This document shows positions 19,586-29,101 of a stretch of DNA of 64,000 nucleotides, piece after piece. The notes under the pieces were generated by a model. It worked only from the letters and a program-made list of their open reading frames with translations. It searched no databases and was not told where the DNA came from. A program made the translations under genes and the position numbers. The stretch is from NCBI GenBank assembly GCA_963664325.2, contig CAXXDQ010000007.1, positions 160,001 to 224,000 of the forward strand. Direction: 5' to 3'. Origin of the DNA: Desulfomonilia bacterium (lineage in GTDB: Bacteria; Desulfobacterota; Desulfomonilia; UBA1062). The number at the start of each line of letters is the position of its first letter. Positions within the stretch are counted from its first letter, which is position 1.

Positions 19586-20923
19586 TCACTCCTTGGTTTT
19601 TATTCCGTAATTTCTTATTTTGAGCCTTAAGGTTTTCCTGTCAATCCCCAGGAAACAGGCTGTTTTAGATATCTGGAAATTGAAATGGTCCAGGGCCTTT
19701 TCGATATGTTCCTTCTCGACTTCGACAAGAGTCATCCTGCCGGAAACAGAGTCAAAAACCGGGGTTTTAGGCTCTGTTTTCTGTCCGTAATACAGGATAT
19801 CGGACAGGGATATCTCTTCGTTGTTGCAGAGCACGCAGAGCCTTTCTATGGTATTCTTCAGTTCCCTTACGTTCCCGGGCCAGGTGTAAGAAACTATGGA
19901 TTTCTTTGCTTCCTCGGAAAGGAAAAAAGTTTTGTCGCTGTGTTTTTTGCTGAAAAAGTCCAGGTAATATTCTGCAATGGGCAGAATATCGGATTTGTGT
20001 TCTCTCAAGGGTTTGATATGAATGGGCACCACCGATATTCTGTAGAAAAGGTCCTCTCTGAATTCTGATCTGTCAACCATTGCACGAAGATCTTTGTTTG
20101 TGGCGGTTATAAGGCGGACATCCACTTTTTCAGGCACCGAACTGCCGACCCTTGGCACTTCCTGCTCCTGAATGACCCTGAGCAGCTTTGCCTGGACGGA
20201 AAGGCTCAGATTGGATATCTCGTCGATGAACAGTGTCCCCTTGTTAGCCATCTGGAAGCGTCCGTCACGTGTTTCCGTCGCCCCGCTGAATGAACCCTTG
20301 ACATGGCCGAAAAGCTCTGTTTCCATAAGATTTTCTACCAGGGATGAACAGTCCACAGGCAGGTATGGCTTGGATGATCTTGTACTTAACTTGTGTATTG
20401 TACTTGCAATGAGCTCTTTGCCAGTGCCGCTCTCACCTGTCAGGAGCACTGTGCTGTTTGTTCTGGCTACCCTTTTTATGGTGTCCTTGAGTTCTTTCAG
20501 ATATTCGCTGTTACCGATCAATGTCCTTATCGGTTCGTCTGCAGGTTCGTTATCTTCTGTATTGATGGCACTCTGGACAATGTTTTTTATCTCCTGAGTC
20601 GTAAAGGGTTTTGTCAGGAAGTCGAATGCACCGAGTTTCATAGCTTCAACGCTCAATGAGATGGTGCCATATCCTGTTATTACGATTATCTTGCTTTTAA
20701 TATGGCCCTTGACCTTTTTAAGGATTTCCATGCCGTCCATCCTGGGCATGCGGAGATCAAGCAGAATCACATCATAAATATCCTTTAATGACATCTCCAG
20801 GCCATGCAGTGCGTCACCTGTTGAATCAGTAATATAGCCGGCCTTGCTCAGTGTCTGGTGACAGCCGTCCCTGATGGATTCTTCATCATCAATAATCAGG
20901 ATTCTTTTTTTATCGCTCACCAC
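19586..20923 (-). CDS. Sigma54-dependent response regulator (NtrC/AtoC family)
   Basis: REC domain, GESGTGKE, ELFGHVKGSFSGA (GAFTGA variant), FREDLFYR, WPGNVREL, Fis-type HTH. Confidence 0.96.
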   Translation of the reverse strand: MVSDKKRILIIDDEESIRDGCHQTLSKAGYITDSTGDALHGLEMSLKDIYDVILLDLRMPRMDGMEILKKVKGHIKSKIIVITGYGTISLSVEAMKLGAFDFLTKPFTTQEIKNIVQSAINTEDNEPADEPIRTLIGNSEYLKELKDTIKRVARTNSTVLLTGESGTGKELIASTIHKLSTRSSKPYLPVDCSSLVENLMETELFGHVKGSFSGATETRDGRFQMANKGTLFIDEISNLSLSVQAKLLRVIQEQEVPRVGSSVPEKVDVRLITATNKDLRAMVDRSEFREDLFYRISVVPIHIKPLREHKSDILPIAEYYLDFFSKKHSDKTFFLSEEAKKSIVSYTWPGNVRELKNTIERLCVLCNNEEISLSDILYYGQKTEPKTPVFDSVSGRMTLVEVEKEHIEKALDHFNFQISKTACFLGIDRKTLRLKIRNYGIKTKE

Positions 20924-20940
20924 TTAATGCTGCTCCTTAA

Positions 20941-22917
20941 TCACAGCTTCTGGCCATGAGGCAGGACAGGGAGTGTAATGATAAAAGCAGTTCCCTTGCC
21001 AGGTTCGCTTTCGACCTCGATAATGCCATTGTGATTCTTAATAATACTATAAACGATTGAAAGTCCAAGTCCAGTTCCCTGGCCGGGGTCCTTCGTCGTA
21101 AAGAACGGTTCGAAGATATGTGATAAGTTTGATTTTTCAATGCCGTAACCTGTATCGGCAACCCAGATTCTTACAAATGCACTGTCGGTATACCTGGTTC
21201 TGATGGTCAGCCTGCCGGATCCTTTCATGGCATCAGAAGCATTTGTAAAGATATTGATAAACACCTCTTCAAGCCTGAGACGGTCGCCATAAACCTCCGG
21301 GAGGTCCGTTCCCAAATCGTCGATTATCTCGATCTCGTTGAAAACAGGCTGGACTTTTACAAGATCAAGTGTCGTTAAAATTATCCTGTTTATATCAAGC
21401 GGTATCATTTCAGACTGGGGTGCGCGCGAAAAGCTGAGAAGCTCCTGGACAATCCCTTTGCACCTGTTCGTCTGGTATATTATTTTTTCCAAGTTGCTGC
21501 GGTTAGGGTCCGTTTGCGGAAGGTCTTCCAGCACGAGACTGGAATAAAGCAGAATTCCTCCTAGAGGGTTGTTGATCTCATGTGCCACACCGGCAGCCAT
21601 ATGCCCTATCGCGGCAAGCCTTTCGGCTTTAGTTATCTGTATAAAAGCCTTTTGCAGCCTTTCGTCCCTTTCTTTAAGGGATTTGGCCATGTTGTTCAAC
21701 GCCTCCTCAAGCATGTTGAAACCTGAAGTTTTGTCTGGCTTTACCTGATAAGCAAGGTTGCCTGAACCGATTGCCTCGGTGGCCTCTTTCAGGATGCGCA
21801 TTCTTTTTACGATTGAATGGCCCAATGTGTAGGACAGGAAGAACGCAACTAGCACCCCTGCTACGGTTATTCCAAGAAATATCATAATGGTTCTGTGTTG
21901 CTGGTCCATGAATTTCTCTTCAAGGATGCCCGTGTAGATAATGCCTATGATAATATTGTTGGGATCCCTGATGGGTATATATGTACTGAAATACCAGTTG
22001 TTTACAACGAATGCACGCCGGCCGGTCCATTCTTTTCCGGACTTTATCACCTTGTTGTAAACCTCTTCCGATAGTATTGTTCCGACGGCCCGTTTAGCTT
22101 CAGATGTAAGGACAGTGGTCGAAACCCTTACACCTCCCAGAAACAGGGTTGCATATCCCAGGTCCTTGCCTTTGTATAGTTCGTGGTGATAAAGCGTCTC
22201 GCTGATCTGGTCAACGATGGAAAAGTCCCTGTTTATGAGAACTCCTCCGACAAGGGCGCCAAGCAGTTTGTTGTTGACGTCGAATATCGGGAATGCCGCA
22301 CGGAGCACCAGGCCGTCTTTTAAGACGGAGTAGGGGTAATTTATGGAATGCGGGGTGCTGACCAGCGGAACCCTTATCCTGTTTGCCAGTCTGGGATTTT
22401 CCTTGTTTACTGATTCAAAGGACATCAGGATTGTTCCGGAAACAGGACTGCCGTTATCAAGGCATCTTTTTGCAACAGGATCCCAGCGCAGGCTGTTTCC
22501 TTGGGCTCCGGGATTTGAAGCGCTGTAGAGAACCTTTCCTGAAGTGTCGGTTACGGAAAGCATGTCCAGACCCGGCATGTTCTCAGAGGTTCTTATCCCG
22601 TCCTTCAACATTGTCCCGAGCGCTTCATGCAAGTCGATATTTTTGTCTGAAAAGGCTTTCTGCAAAGGAAATTTCAAGGATAAAATCTGCAGTTGAGTCG
22701 AGAGCTTTTCGAGCTGGTATTCATATATCAGTCTAGCAGTACTTATATTCTGCTTGATCTCCCTTTTGAGCAGGTCGTTCGTGTTCGAGTTGATTATCCT
22801 GATGCCGACTGCAGAAGTAATTAAACCGGTAAGGCTGGTGGCGATTAAAAACACAATAAACAGCCAAGTTCGAAGACTGAAGGGTTTTTTTAAGAGCATG
22901 TCTTTATAGAATATCAT
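20941..22917 (-). CDS. Membrane sensor histidine kinase (Cache/HAMP/HisKA/HATPase)
   Basis: Two TMs, periplasmic ATLFLGGVRVSTT Cache-like segment, AHEINNPL, FEPFFTTK, GTGLGL. Confidence 0.93.
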   Translation of the reverse strand: MIFYKDMLLKKPFSLRTWLFIVFLIATSLTGLITSAVGIRIINSNTNDLLKREIKQNISTARLIYEYQLEKLSTQLQILSLKFPLQKAFSDKNIDLHEALGTMLKDGIRTSENMPGLDMLSVTDTSGKVLYSASNPGAQGNSLRWDPVAKRCLDNGSPVSGTILMSFESVNKENPRLANRIRVPLVSTPHSINYPYSVLKDGLVLRAAFPIFDVNNKLLGALVGGVLINRDFSIVDQISETLYHHELYKGKDLGYATLFLGGVRVSTTVLTSEAKRAVGTILSEEVYNKVIKSGKEWTGRRAFVVNNWYFSTYIPIRDPNNIIIGIIYTGILEEKFMDQQHRTIMIFLGITVAGVLVAFFLSYTLGHSIVKRMRILKEATEAIGSGNLAYQVKPDKTSGFNMLEEALNNMAKSLKERDERLQKAFIQITKAERLAAIGHMAAGVAHEINNPLGGILLYSSLVLEDLPQTDPNRSNLEKIIYQTNRCKGIVQELLSFSRAPQSEMIPLDINRIILTTLDLVKVQPVFNEIEIIDDLGTDLPEVYGDRLRLEEVFINIFTNASDAMKGSGRLTIRTRYTDSAFVRIWVADTGYGIEKSNLSHIFEPFFTTKDPGQGTGLGLSIVYSIIKNHNGIIEVESEPGKGTAFIITLPVLPHGQKL

Positions 22918-23080
22918 TCCGGGAATACAAAATCAATTTGCAAGAATAAATAGTCTGCACCATTTGGGAACCTCGGGTTGTCCTTGATCACGGGGCAACC
23001 CGTGCTGTTTGTCAAACCGATTTGTTAAGAGACTTGTCTTCGCACGCATCGGGAAATGCGGGAGCCTTTGAGCTTTTGTC

Positions 23081-23485
23081 CTAAGCCTTTGCGGCTGCCG
23101 CATTGAGCAGCCTTTCCGCCTTGTAGATAAGGTCGGAAAAGGAAATCGGCTTTGAAATATAATCATCCGCCGGCAGATATTCGCTGTCTTCCTCTAAGGA
23201 ATATTTAATTCCGGTTTTGTCTGTAATCGCAGTAAGCATGAGTATGGGTATCGGGCATAATGCAGGGTTTGCCTTTAATTCCCGGCAAAGGTCAAAGCCG
23301 TCGGTCATTTTTTCCATCATGACATCGAGTATGATCAGCTGGGGTTTTTCATTGAGGATGGAAGCCTTTCCTTCTCTTATGTTATATGCCTGCTCAACCC
23401 TGTAGCCTCGGGATTCAAGCATGAGTTTAAGCGATTCACTGTAATCTTCATCATCATCCACAATCAATATTTTTCCTTTTATCAT
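23081..23485 (-). CDS. Single-domain response regulator
   Basis: IVDDD, LDVMMEKMTDGF, SKP. Confidence 0.92.
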   Translation of the reverse strand: MIKGKILIVDDDEDYSESLKLMLESRGYRVEQAYNIREGKASILNEKPQLIILDVMMEKMTDGFDLCRELKANPALCPIPILMLTAITDKTGIKYSLEEDSEYLPADDYISKPISFSDLIYKAERLLNAAAAKA

Positions 23486-23564
23486 GTGAATCCTCCTGAA
23501 ATTCTTTTATTATTAGCCCTCTAGCAGGACAATCATTGTCACCGGATCTATTAAAGTTAAGAAA

Positions 23565-23579
23565 GCAAGATTGATACCA
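23565..23579 (-). promoter_or_regulatory. Sigma54 -24/-12 promoter for the 23485 response regulator
   Basis: Minus strand TGGTATCAATCTTGC(T). Confidence 0.75.
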
Positions 23580-23641
23580 TTTCAGAACTTGCTGAAATTG
23601 TGGCATATATGATTGGCCCTTTCAGGTAAAAGGCATGTTTA

Positions 23642-23677
23642 TGGGGAATTGTACCCCATGTGGGGAATTTATACGCA
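23642..23677. promoter_or_regulatory. Tandem palindromic activator (EBP) boxes
   Basis: TGGGGAATTGTACCCCA (23642-23658) and TGGGGAATTTATACGCA (23661-23677). Confidence 0.75.
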
Positions 23678-23888
23678 TGGCATTCGAACGGGCACTATCT
23701 TTTAAATCTCTGGTCAACAAGCCGAATGCAAATAAAAGTTTATTTTCTCAGACGGTCAGGCATTCAGCCGGATTCCCGCCGACCGGCAATTGAGCGTTTC
23801 GAGAAATCACCGGCATGGCTGAAAGGCAAAGACAGGCATATGTCTTCATGCCTTGCCATGCTTTTCAACCCGGTCTTAAATTTTTTAG

Positions 23889-24290
23889 CTAATCGGATTT
23901 ATCAATAAGTTTTTTTATACGTAAGACCAGTTCGGATACAGGGACGGGCTTCTTTACATAATCGTCAGCCTGCAGGTATTCACCGTCCGTTTCCGGAGAG
24001 AATTTAAAGCCGGTCTTGTCCGTTACTGCGGTTACCATGAGAATGGGAATGGTATTGCAGGTCCTGTCATTCTTGAGATCCGAACAGAAATTGAATCCAT
24101 CAGTCATCTTTTCCATCATGACATCCAGGATGATCAGGTCGGGACGCTCTTCTTCGATAAAGGCTCGGCCGTCGCGGATGTTCAATGCGTGCCTGATGCG
24201 GTAGCCCTGGTTCTCCAGAACGATTTTCAATGCCTCGCCATAATCCAGATCGTCATCGACAATCAGGATACTGTTCTTTTTCTCACTCAT
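23889..24290 (-). CDS. Single-domain response regulator, last gene of the FDH operon
   Basis: IVDDD, LDVMMEKMTDGF, KKP; GGAGG RBS; overlaps the upstream gene. Confidence 0.92.
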   Translation of the reverse strand: MSEKKNSILIVDDDLDYGEALKIVLENQGYRIRHALNIRDGRAFIEEERPDLIILDVMMEKMTDGFNFCSDLKNDRTCNTIPILMVTAVTDKTGFKFSPETDGEYLQADDYVKKPVPVSELVLRIKKLIDKSD

Positions 24291-25329
24291 TTTTCCCTCC
24301 GGTATTGTCATTCCGGGACTTAACGATAGCCAGAGCTACTTCCAGCGTTCCGATATGCACAGGGCAGTAATCCGAGCAGCGGCCGCAGCCCACGCAGCCG
24401 CATAATGCGCCATCGACATCTGTGGCATTAAAGTAAAGCAGCTTGTGTTCATGCCTTCGCTGAAGGCGTGATGACTGCGTCGGGCGGGGGTTGTGTCCGG
24501 ATGCCTCACGCGTGAACCCGTTATACAGGCATGCGTCCCAGGCTTTGATCCGTACTCCGTTTGACGGGTCCTGTGCCTGGTCATATACGTTGAAGCATGT
24601 GCATGTGGGGCACACGAAGGCGCATCCGCCGCATATTATGCACTTGTTGCCCAGTTTATCCCATACCTTGGTGCAATCGGTCCCGGCTGATAATTCCGCC
24701 ATGGTGTCGCTAATATCATTTACTACCGGGATTGCTCCGGCAGCGTTGTTCCGGAAATTCGCAACCAGCTCCAAGGCTTCTTTTTCTTCCATATCGGCAA
24801 ACACCGGTGATTGTACAAGACCGGCGCCGGTATCGCTGCCAATCTCCACCAGAAAACTCCCGCCTGAATCATAGAACTGCAGGTCAAAGCCGCCTGCAGA
24901 TACGGGGCCGCTCCTGGTGGTCGTACAGAAGCATGTCGCGTTCTGCGGTCCGGGGCAGGCAATAACAACCGTAATGACGGCGTCGATACGGGTCTGATAG
25001 TAAGGGTCCGTGTTATCCCTTGTCATGAAGCTCCTGGACTGGATGAGACCCGTCATGTCGCATGCGCGTATTCCGAATATGAGAGTTTTTTCAACAAGGT
25101 TCCTTTCCTCATAGCGCCCGTCATTGATTTCGAAGATTACCTCGCTTTGAGGCAGGAAAAATGATTTAGGGGGCAGGGGAGGCTTTCCGTAGTCAACGGT
25201 AAAAGTCTTTTCATCAAAGGTGTCGAAAATAATGTCTCCCTGAGGCTTGACGCCCGGACAGACAACTTTGTAGTTTCTGGTCCATTCCTTTAGCACGCCA
25301 GGCAGGTCGGTTTTGGCAAGCCGTTTCAT
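24283..25329 (-). CDS. 4Fe-4S protein, AsrA/HydB (sulfhydrogenase beta)/FlxB-like
   Basis: GIRACD, TCFCT, CIICGGCAFVCPTCTCF, WDAC, CVGCGRCSDYCPV. Confidence 0.9.
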   Translation of the reverse strand: MKRLAKTDLPGVLKEWTRNYKVVCPGVKPQGDIIFDTFDEKTFTVDYGKPPLPPKSFFLPQSEVIFEINDGRYEERNLVEKTLIFGIRACDMTGLIQSRSFMTRDNTDPYYQTRIDAVITVVIACPGPQNATCFCTTTRSGPVSAGGFDLQFYDSGGSFLVEIGSDTGAGLVQSPVFADMEEKEALELVANFRNNAAGAIPVVNDISDTMAELSAGTDCTKVWDKLGNKCIICGGCAFVCPTCTCFNVYDQAQDPSNGVRIKAWDACLYNGFTREASGHNPRPTQSSRLQRRHEHKLLYFNATDVDGALCGCVGCGRCSDYCPVHIGTLEVALAIVKSRNDNTGGKNE

Positions 25330-27359
25330 GATATCCTCCTGATTTTGACTGCACAGCCCTTATATTCAGGAATCTTCGAAACCGGGTCAACGGCCGGGCT
25401 TGTGAGGACATTCACCGGGGATTCATGGAAATGGAAAGTTGTGAAGAGGACCTTGCGGGGTACGCGTTTCGTGATCTCGGCACTTGCCGTTATCGTGCCA
25501 CGCCGGCTGGAAATCTCCACAAGGTCTCTGTTCCCGATGGCGAGACGGGAGGCATCATCGGGATTGATAAGGACAAGGGCATGAGACGCCTCCCTCTCAA
25601 GAAGATTCGACCTTCGCGTCATCGTTCCTGTGTGGTACTGATAATAGATGCGTCCCGTGGTGAGGAGAAAATCATATTCTTCATCCGGGGATTCGGCCAG
25701 GGGTTTGAAACCGCAGGGAAGAAAGAGTCCGAGGCCGCGGGTGAACTTGTCCTTGTGCAGGACGGGTGTTCCCGGGTGCTCGGGATTGGGGCAGGGCCAC
25801 TGCAGGCCGTGGCATCGGGAAAGCCTGCCGAATGTAATCCCGGTATATGACGGGGTCAGTTTGTTGATTTCGGCGAGAATATCCTCGGGTGAGGCATATT
25901 CCATGTTGAAACCTGCACTGCGTGCTACTCCGCAGATGATTTCAAAATCCGTACGCGCCTCTCCCGGCGGTTCAACTGCTTTGTAAGCAACCTGGACGCG
26001 GCGTTCGGTGTTGGTATATGTGCCGGTCTTTTCTGCAAAAGATGCGGCCGGAAGCACGACATCGGCCAGCCGTGCCGTTTCAGTCAGAAATATATCCTGA
26101 ACGACCAGAAAGTCCAGGTTGGAAAGCGACTGTTCCACATGCGTGCTGTCCGGGTCGCTCAGTATGGGATTTTCTCCCATGATGTACATGGCCTTGAGGT
26201 CCCCTTTATGTGCGGCCGCCATCATTTCGGTCATGGTAATGCCGGGAGTGGCGTTCAGATCAACTCCCCAGGCCGTTTCAAATTTCTTGCGCGCATCGTC
26301 ATTGGTAACAGGCTGGTAGCCGGAAAAAACATTAGGCAGCCCTCCCATGTCACAGGCCCCCTGAACGTTGTTCTGTCCCCGGAGGGGGTTCACACCTGTA
26401 CCGGGCCTGCCGAGATGGCCGGTGAGCATTGCCAGGTTTGCAATTGACTTGACGTTGTCCGTACCGGTGGTGTGCTGTGTTATGCCCATTGCATAGGCTA
26501 TCATGGCCTTGTCGGCCGCAGCATACATGCGTGCAGCTTTTTCAAGATCATGTATCGGAATGCCTGCTATGGCCTTCACAACCTTCGGCGTATACCGGCA
26601 GACAACCTCCTTAAGGTCGTCAAAACCCTCGGTGCGAGTCTCAACGAATTCCCTGTCATAAAGACCTTCTGCAATAATGATGTTCATCATCCCGTTAAAA
26701 ACTGTGACGTCCGTTCCTATGTTCTGGCACAGGTGCACGTCGGCGTATTCCGCGAGCGGGATCGTGATGGGGTCGATGACGATAAGACTGGCCCCGTTTT
26801 CCTTTGCATTCAATATACGTGAACCGATTAACGGGTGCTGTGATGTCGTATTGCTTCCGGTTACAAGGATAAGGTCGGCCTCCTCGAATTCATTGATCGA
26901 GTTTGTCATGGCGCCGGAACCGAATGTAGCGGCCAGACCGGCCACTGTTGCGCTGTGTCAGAGCCTGGCGCAATGATCGACGTTGTTGGTCTTGAATACC
27001 GCCCTGGCAAGCTTCATCAGAAGATAGTTCTCTTCGTTGGTCACCTTGGCCGAGCAGAGGAAGCCGAGCGCCTCCGGGCCCGAATGTGCTGAAATATCCA
27101 GTAGCCTTCCGGCAACCAGGGACAGCGCCTCATCCCACGATGTCTCCTTAAGCTCTCCGTCCACCCTGACAAGGGGCAGCTTGAGCCTTTCAGGGGCGTT
27201 AACAAAGTCGTAGCCGTTCCAGCCTTTTGCGCACAGCATGCCTTTATTGATGGGATTATCAGGGCAGGGCTCCACTCCTGTTACACGGTTACCTTCACTG
27301 ACAAGATAAAAATTGCACCCGCAACCGCAATAGGGACAAACGCTCAAGGTCCTGCGCAT
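25326..27359 (-). CDS. fdhA: Formate dehydrogenase alpha subunit, selenocysteine-containing (in-frame TGA at 26958-26960), cytoplasmic FdhF-type, 677 aa
   Basis: The two predicted ORFs are in one frame: CPYCGCGC...NNVDHCARL-U-HSATVAGL...PLRGQNNVQG...PEYK; SECIS hairpin follows the TGA. Confidence 0.96.
26928..26946 (-). other. Bacterial SECIS element of fdhA
   Basis: 11 nt after UGA: AGTGGCC-GGTCT-GGCCGCT stem-loop, same placement and GGTCT core as E. coli fdhF SECIS. Confidence 0.9.
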
Positions 27360-28192
27360 CAGATGGCCTCCTTTATGTGCTCGATCTCGGGGTAAGGGAA
27401 AACCGGACCGTCCATGCAGCAGTATGTGCCTCCTATTGCACAGTGGCCGCATTTACCCACACCACATTTCATCATGCGCTCAAGCGACATGTATATGCGT
27501 TCTTTGCTGAAACCGAGGCTCAGGAGTTTTTGAAGGACAAAACGGTACATGATCGGCGGCCCGCACAGCACGGCATAGGTGTCAGACGGAGAGAGAGGTG
27601 TGTGATCGAAAAGGCCCGTCACCACACCGACATACTGTCTCCATATCCCTTCCTCGTCGCGGTCCACGCTGTAAAGATAGCGGAGATCGTCACGGTCGAA
27701 AAAGCTCAGAAGTTCATACTTGAATAATACGTTGTCCGGGTTGTTGGTGCCATACATCAGGATGACGTCTTTGAAGTCGCCGCGCCTGTCAAGAACGTAA
27801 AGCAGCAGGGATCGAAGCGGGGCAAGCCCGAGACCTCCGGCCACCAGCAGGAGATTATGCCCCTTGAATGTGTCGACAGGAAAACCCCGTCCGTACGGGC
27901 CGCGTACTGACAGCGCTGAGCCTTTGCCCAATTCGAAAAGCGCATCGGTAAGAGTTCCTGTCCTGCGCACGCATATTTCAAGAGAGTCGGGGCGTGTGGG
28001 AGGTGAGGAAATGCTGATCGGCGCCTCGCCTTTGCCGAAGATGGAGACCTCGATGAACTGGCCGGGCTGGTGTCCGAACTTTTCCCATGAGGAACCGTCC
28101 GTATGTGCAAGCTGGAAGAGCCTGTGGTCTTTAATTTGGGGGAGTGTCCTCGCGATCTGAACAGGATGCGGCATATATATGTTTGTGCCCAT
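27359..28192 (-). CDS. FAD/NAD(P)-binding 2Fe-2S subunit, AsrB/HydG (sulfhydrogenase gamma)/FlxA-like
   Basis: PGQF, GEAPISISS, RGPYGRGF, AGGLGLAPLRS, CGPPIM, ERMMKCGVGKCGHC...CMDGPVF; TGATG overlap with fdhA. Confidence 0.92.
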   Translation of the reverse strand: MGTNIYMPHPVQIARTLPQIKDHRLFQLAHTDGSSWEKFGHQPGQFIEVSIFGKGEAPISISSPPTRPDSLEICVRRTGTLTDALFELGKGSALSVRGPYGRGFPVDTFKGHNLLLVAGGLGLAPLRSLLLYVLDRRGDFKDVILMYGTNNPDNVLFKYELLSFFDRDDLRYLYSVDRDEEGIWRQYVGVVTGLFDHTPLSPSDTYAVLCGPPIMYRFVLQKLLSLGFSKERIYMSLERMMKCGVGKCGHCAIGGTYCCMDGPVFPYPEIEHIKEAI

Positions 28193-28228
28193 TATCCCTC
28201 CATAGAGCATGGGGTTTTAAATATTAAA

Positions 28229-28243
28229 GCAAGAATAATACCA
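28229..28243 (-). promoter_or_regulatory. Sigma54 -24/-12 promoter for the FDH operon
   Basis: Minus strand TGGTATTATTCTTGC(T). Confidence 0.75.
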
Positions 28244-28304
28244 TTCTACATGTTAATGATATTGCTAATGGAATTGCCTTAACTGTATCCGGGCTGCATT
28301 CAAG

Positions 28305-28344
28305 TGGGTAATTCTGCCCCATGATCCTGAGTAAAATTGCACCG
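28305..28344. promoter_or_regulatory. Palindromic activator (EBP) box plus weaker second copy
   Basis: TGGGTAATTCTGCCCCA (28305-28321) and TGAGTAAAATTGCACCG (28328-28344). Confidence 0.65.
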
Positions 28345-28417
28345 GACGTCATGGTAAACAAACCGGTATCCGGCAAATAAATATCCAATCCATTCCCAAA
28401 GAGAATGTCTGCCTGAA

Positions 28418-29101
28418 CTAATCTCCCGGATAAGGTGTAGTTGTCAGTATGGTCTCTGCGTCTTTGTATGGTGAGAGCTTTGAAAGCTTCCTGATGTTTT
28501 TGAGAGTTGTTACCCCGAGATTTTTTACAAGCATGCTTACAACGGAGGACGGGAGATTGCCGCCCGGGTCTGCCAGAAGCTGGTATGTAAGAAGGGTTTT
28601 TTCCCCGCCCTGGGGTTTGAGCGTCCATCTGACATCTCCGACGGGCATTTCCACCATGCCTGTTTTCGGGAGTTTGTAGTCCGCCTTTATTGCAATCCCG
28701 CGGACAATGATTCTGCCGGTGACGCTTTCAATCATGAAGTTGATCCTTCCGAGACCGTAACGGTCAGACAATGGCCAGGGGAGCCCCTGTTCAAAGTATG
28801 TGCTGAAACTGTCGGGGGTGTTGGCGTATTCCGGCAGTTCAATCTTCCGGGCTTCATCGCATAGGAACATGAATTTTTTCTGTGCAGGGACATCCCTTAA
28901 AATTGCCTCGACGACAGGAACCGGGGCGTCAATTATCCCCTCGGCCCTGACTTCATCGACACTGCACCTTGAGTTTGTCCTGGCCCAGCCTGTGATTCCC
29001 TCGGATTCCCTGACCTTTTTCCAGGGGCCTGTCTTGACTGCCGACTGAAGGCAGGCGGCCATCATCAGGATGATTATAAAGGCACTGCTAAGATGTTTCA
29101 T
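28418..29101 (-). CDS. START-domain (lipid-binding) exported protein
   Basis: Signal peptide; WKKVRESEGI, LPWPLSDR, ADPGGNLP typical of bacterial START; ATGA overlap with upstream gene. Confidence 0.8.
   Translation of the reverse strand: MKHLSSAFIIILMMAACLQSAVKTGPWKKVRESEGITGWARTNSRCSVDEVRAEGIIDAPVPVVEAILRDVPAQKKFMFLCDEARKIELPEYANTPDSFSTYFEQGLPWPLSDRYGLGRINFMIESVTGRIIVRGIAIKADYKLPKTGMVEMPVGDVRWTLKPQGGEKTLLTYQLLADPGGNLPSSVVSMLVKNLGVTTLKNIRKLSKLSPYKDAETILTTTPYPGD

Noticed and set aside
17441-23677. Recurring GGGG...CCCC palindromes as CRISPR repeats or IS ends
   Set aside because: Degenerate, kilobases apart, no spacers, cas or transposase; fixed distance from sigma54 boxes indicates activator sites.
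23813-23866. Long imperfect hairpin after the FDH operon (also hairpins near 22974-23002 and 55329-55353)
   Set aside because: Explained as terminator or mRNA-stabilising stems; no similarity to a known ncRNA.
24283-28192. Anaerobic sulfite reductase (asrABC) or sulfhydrogenase operon
   Set aside because: No AsrC or NiFe hydrogenase subunit; the catalytic gene between them is FdhA.
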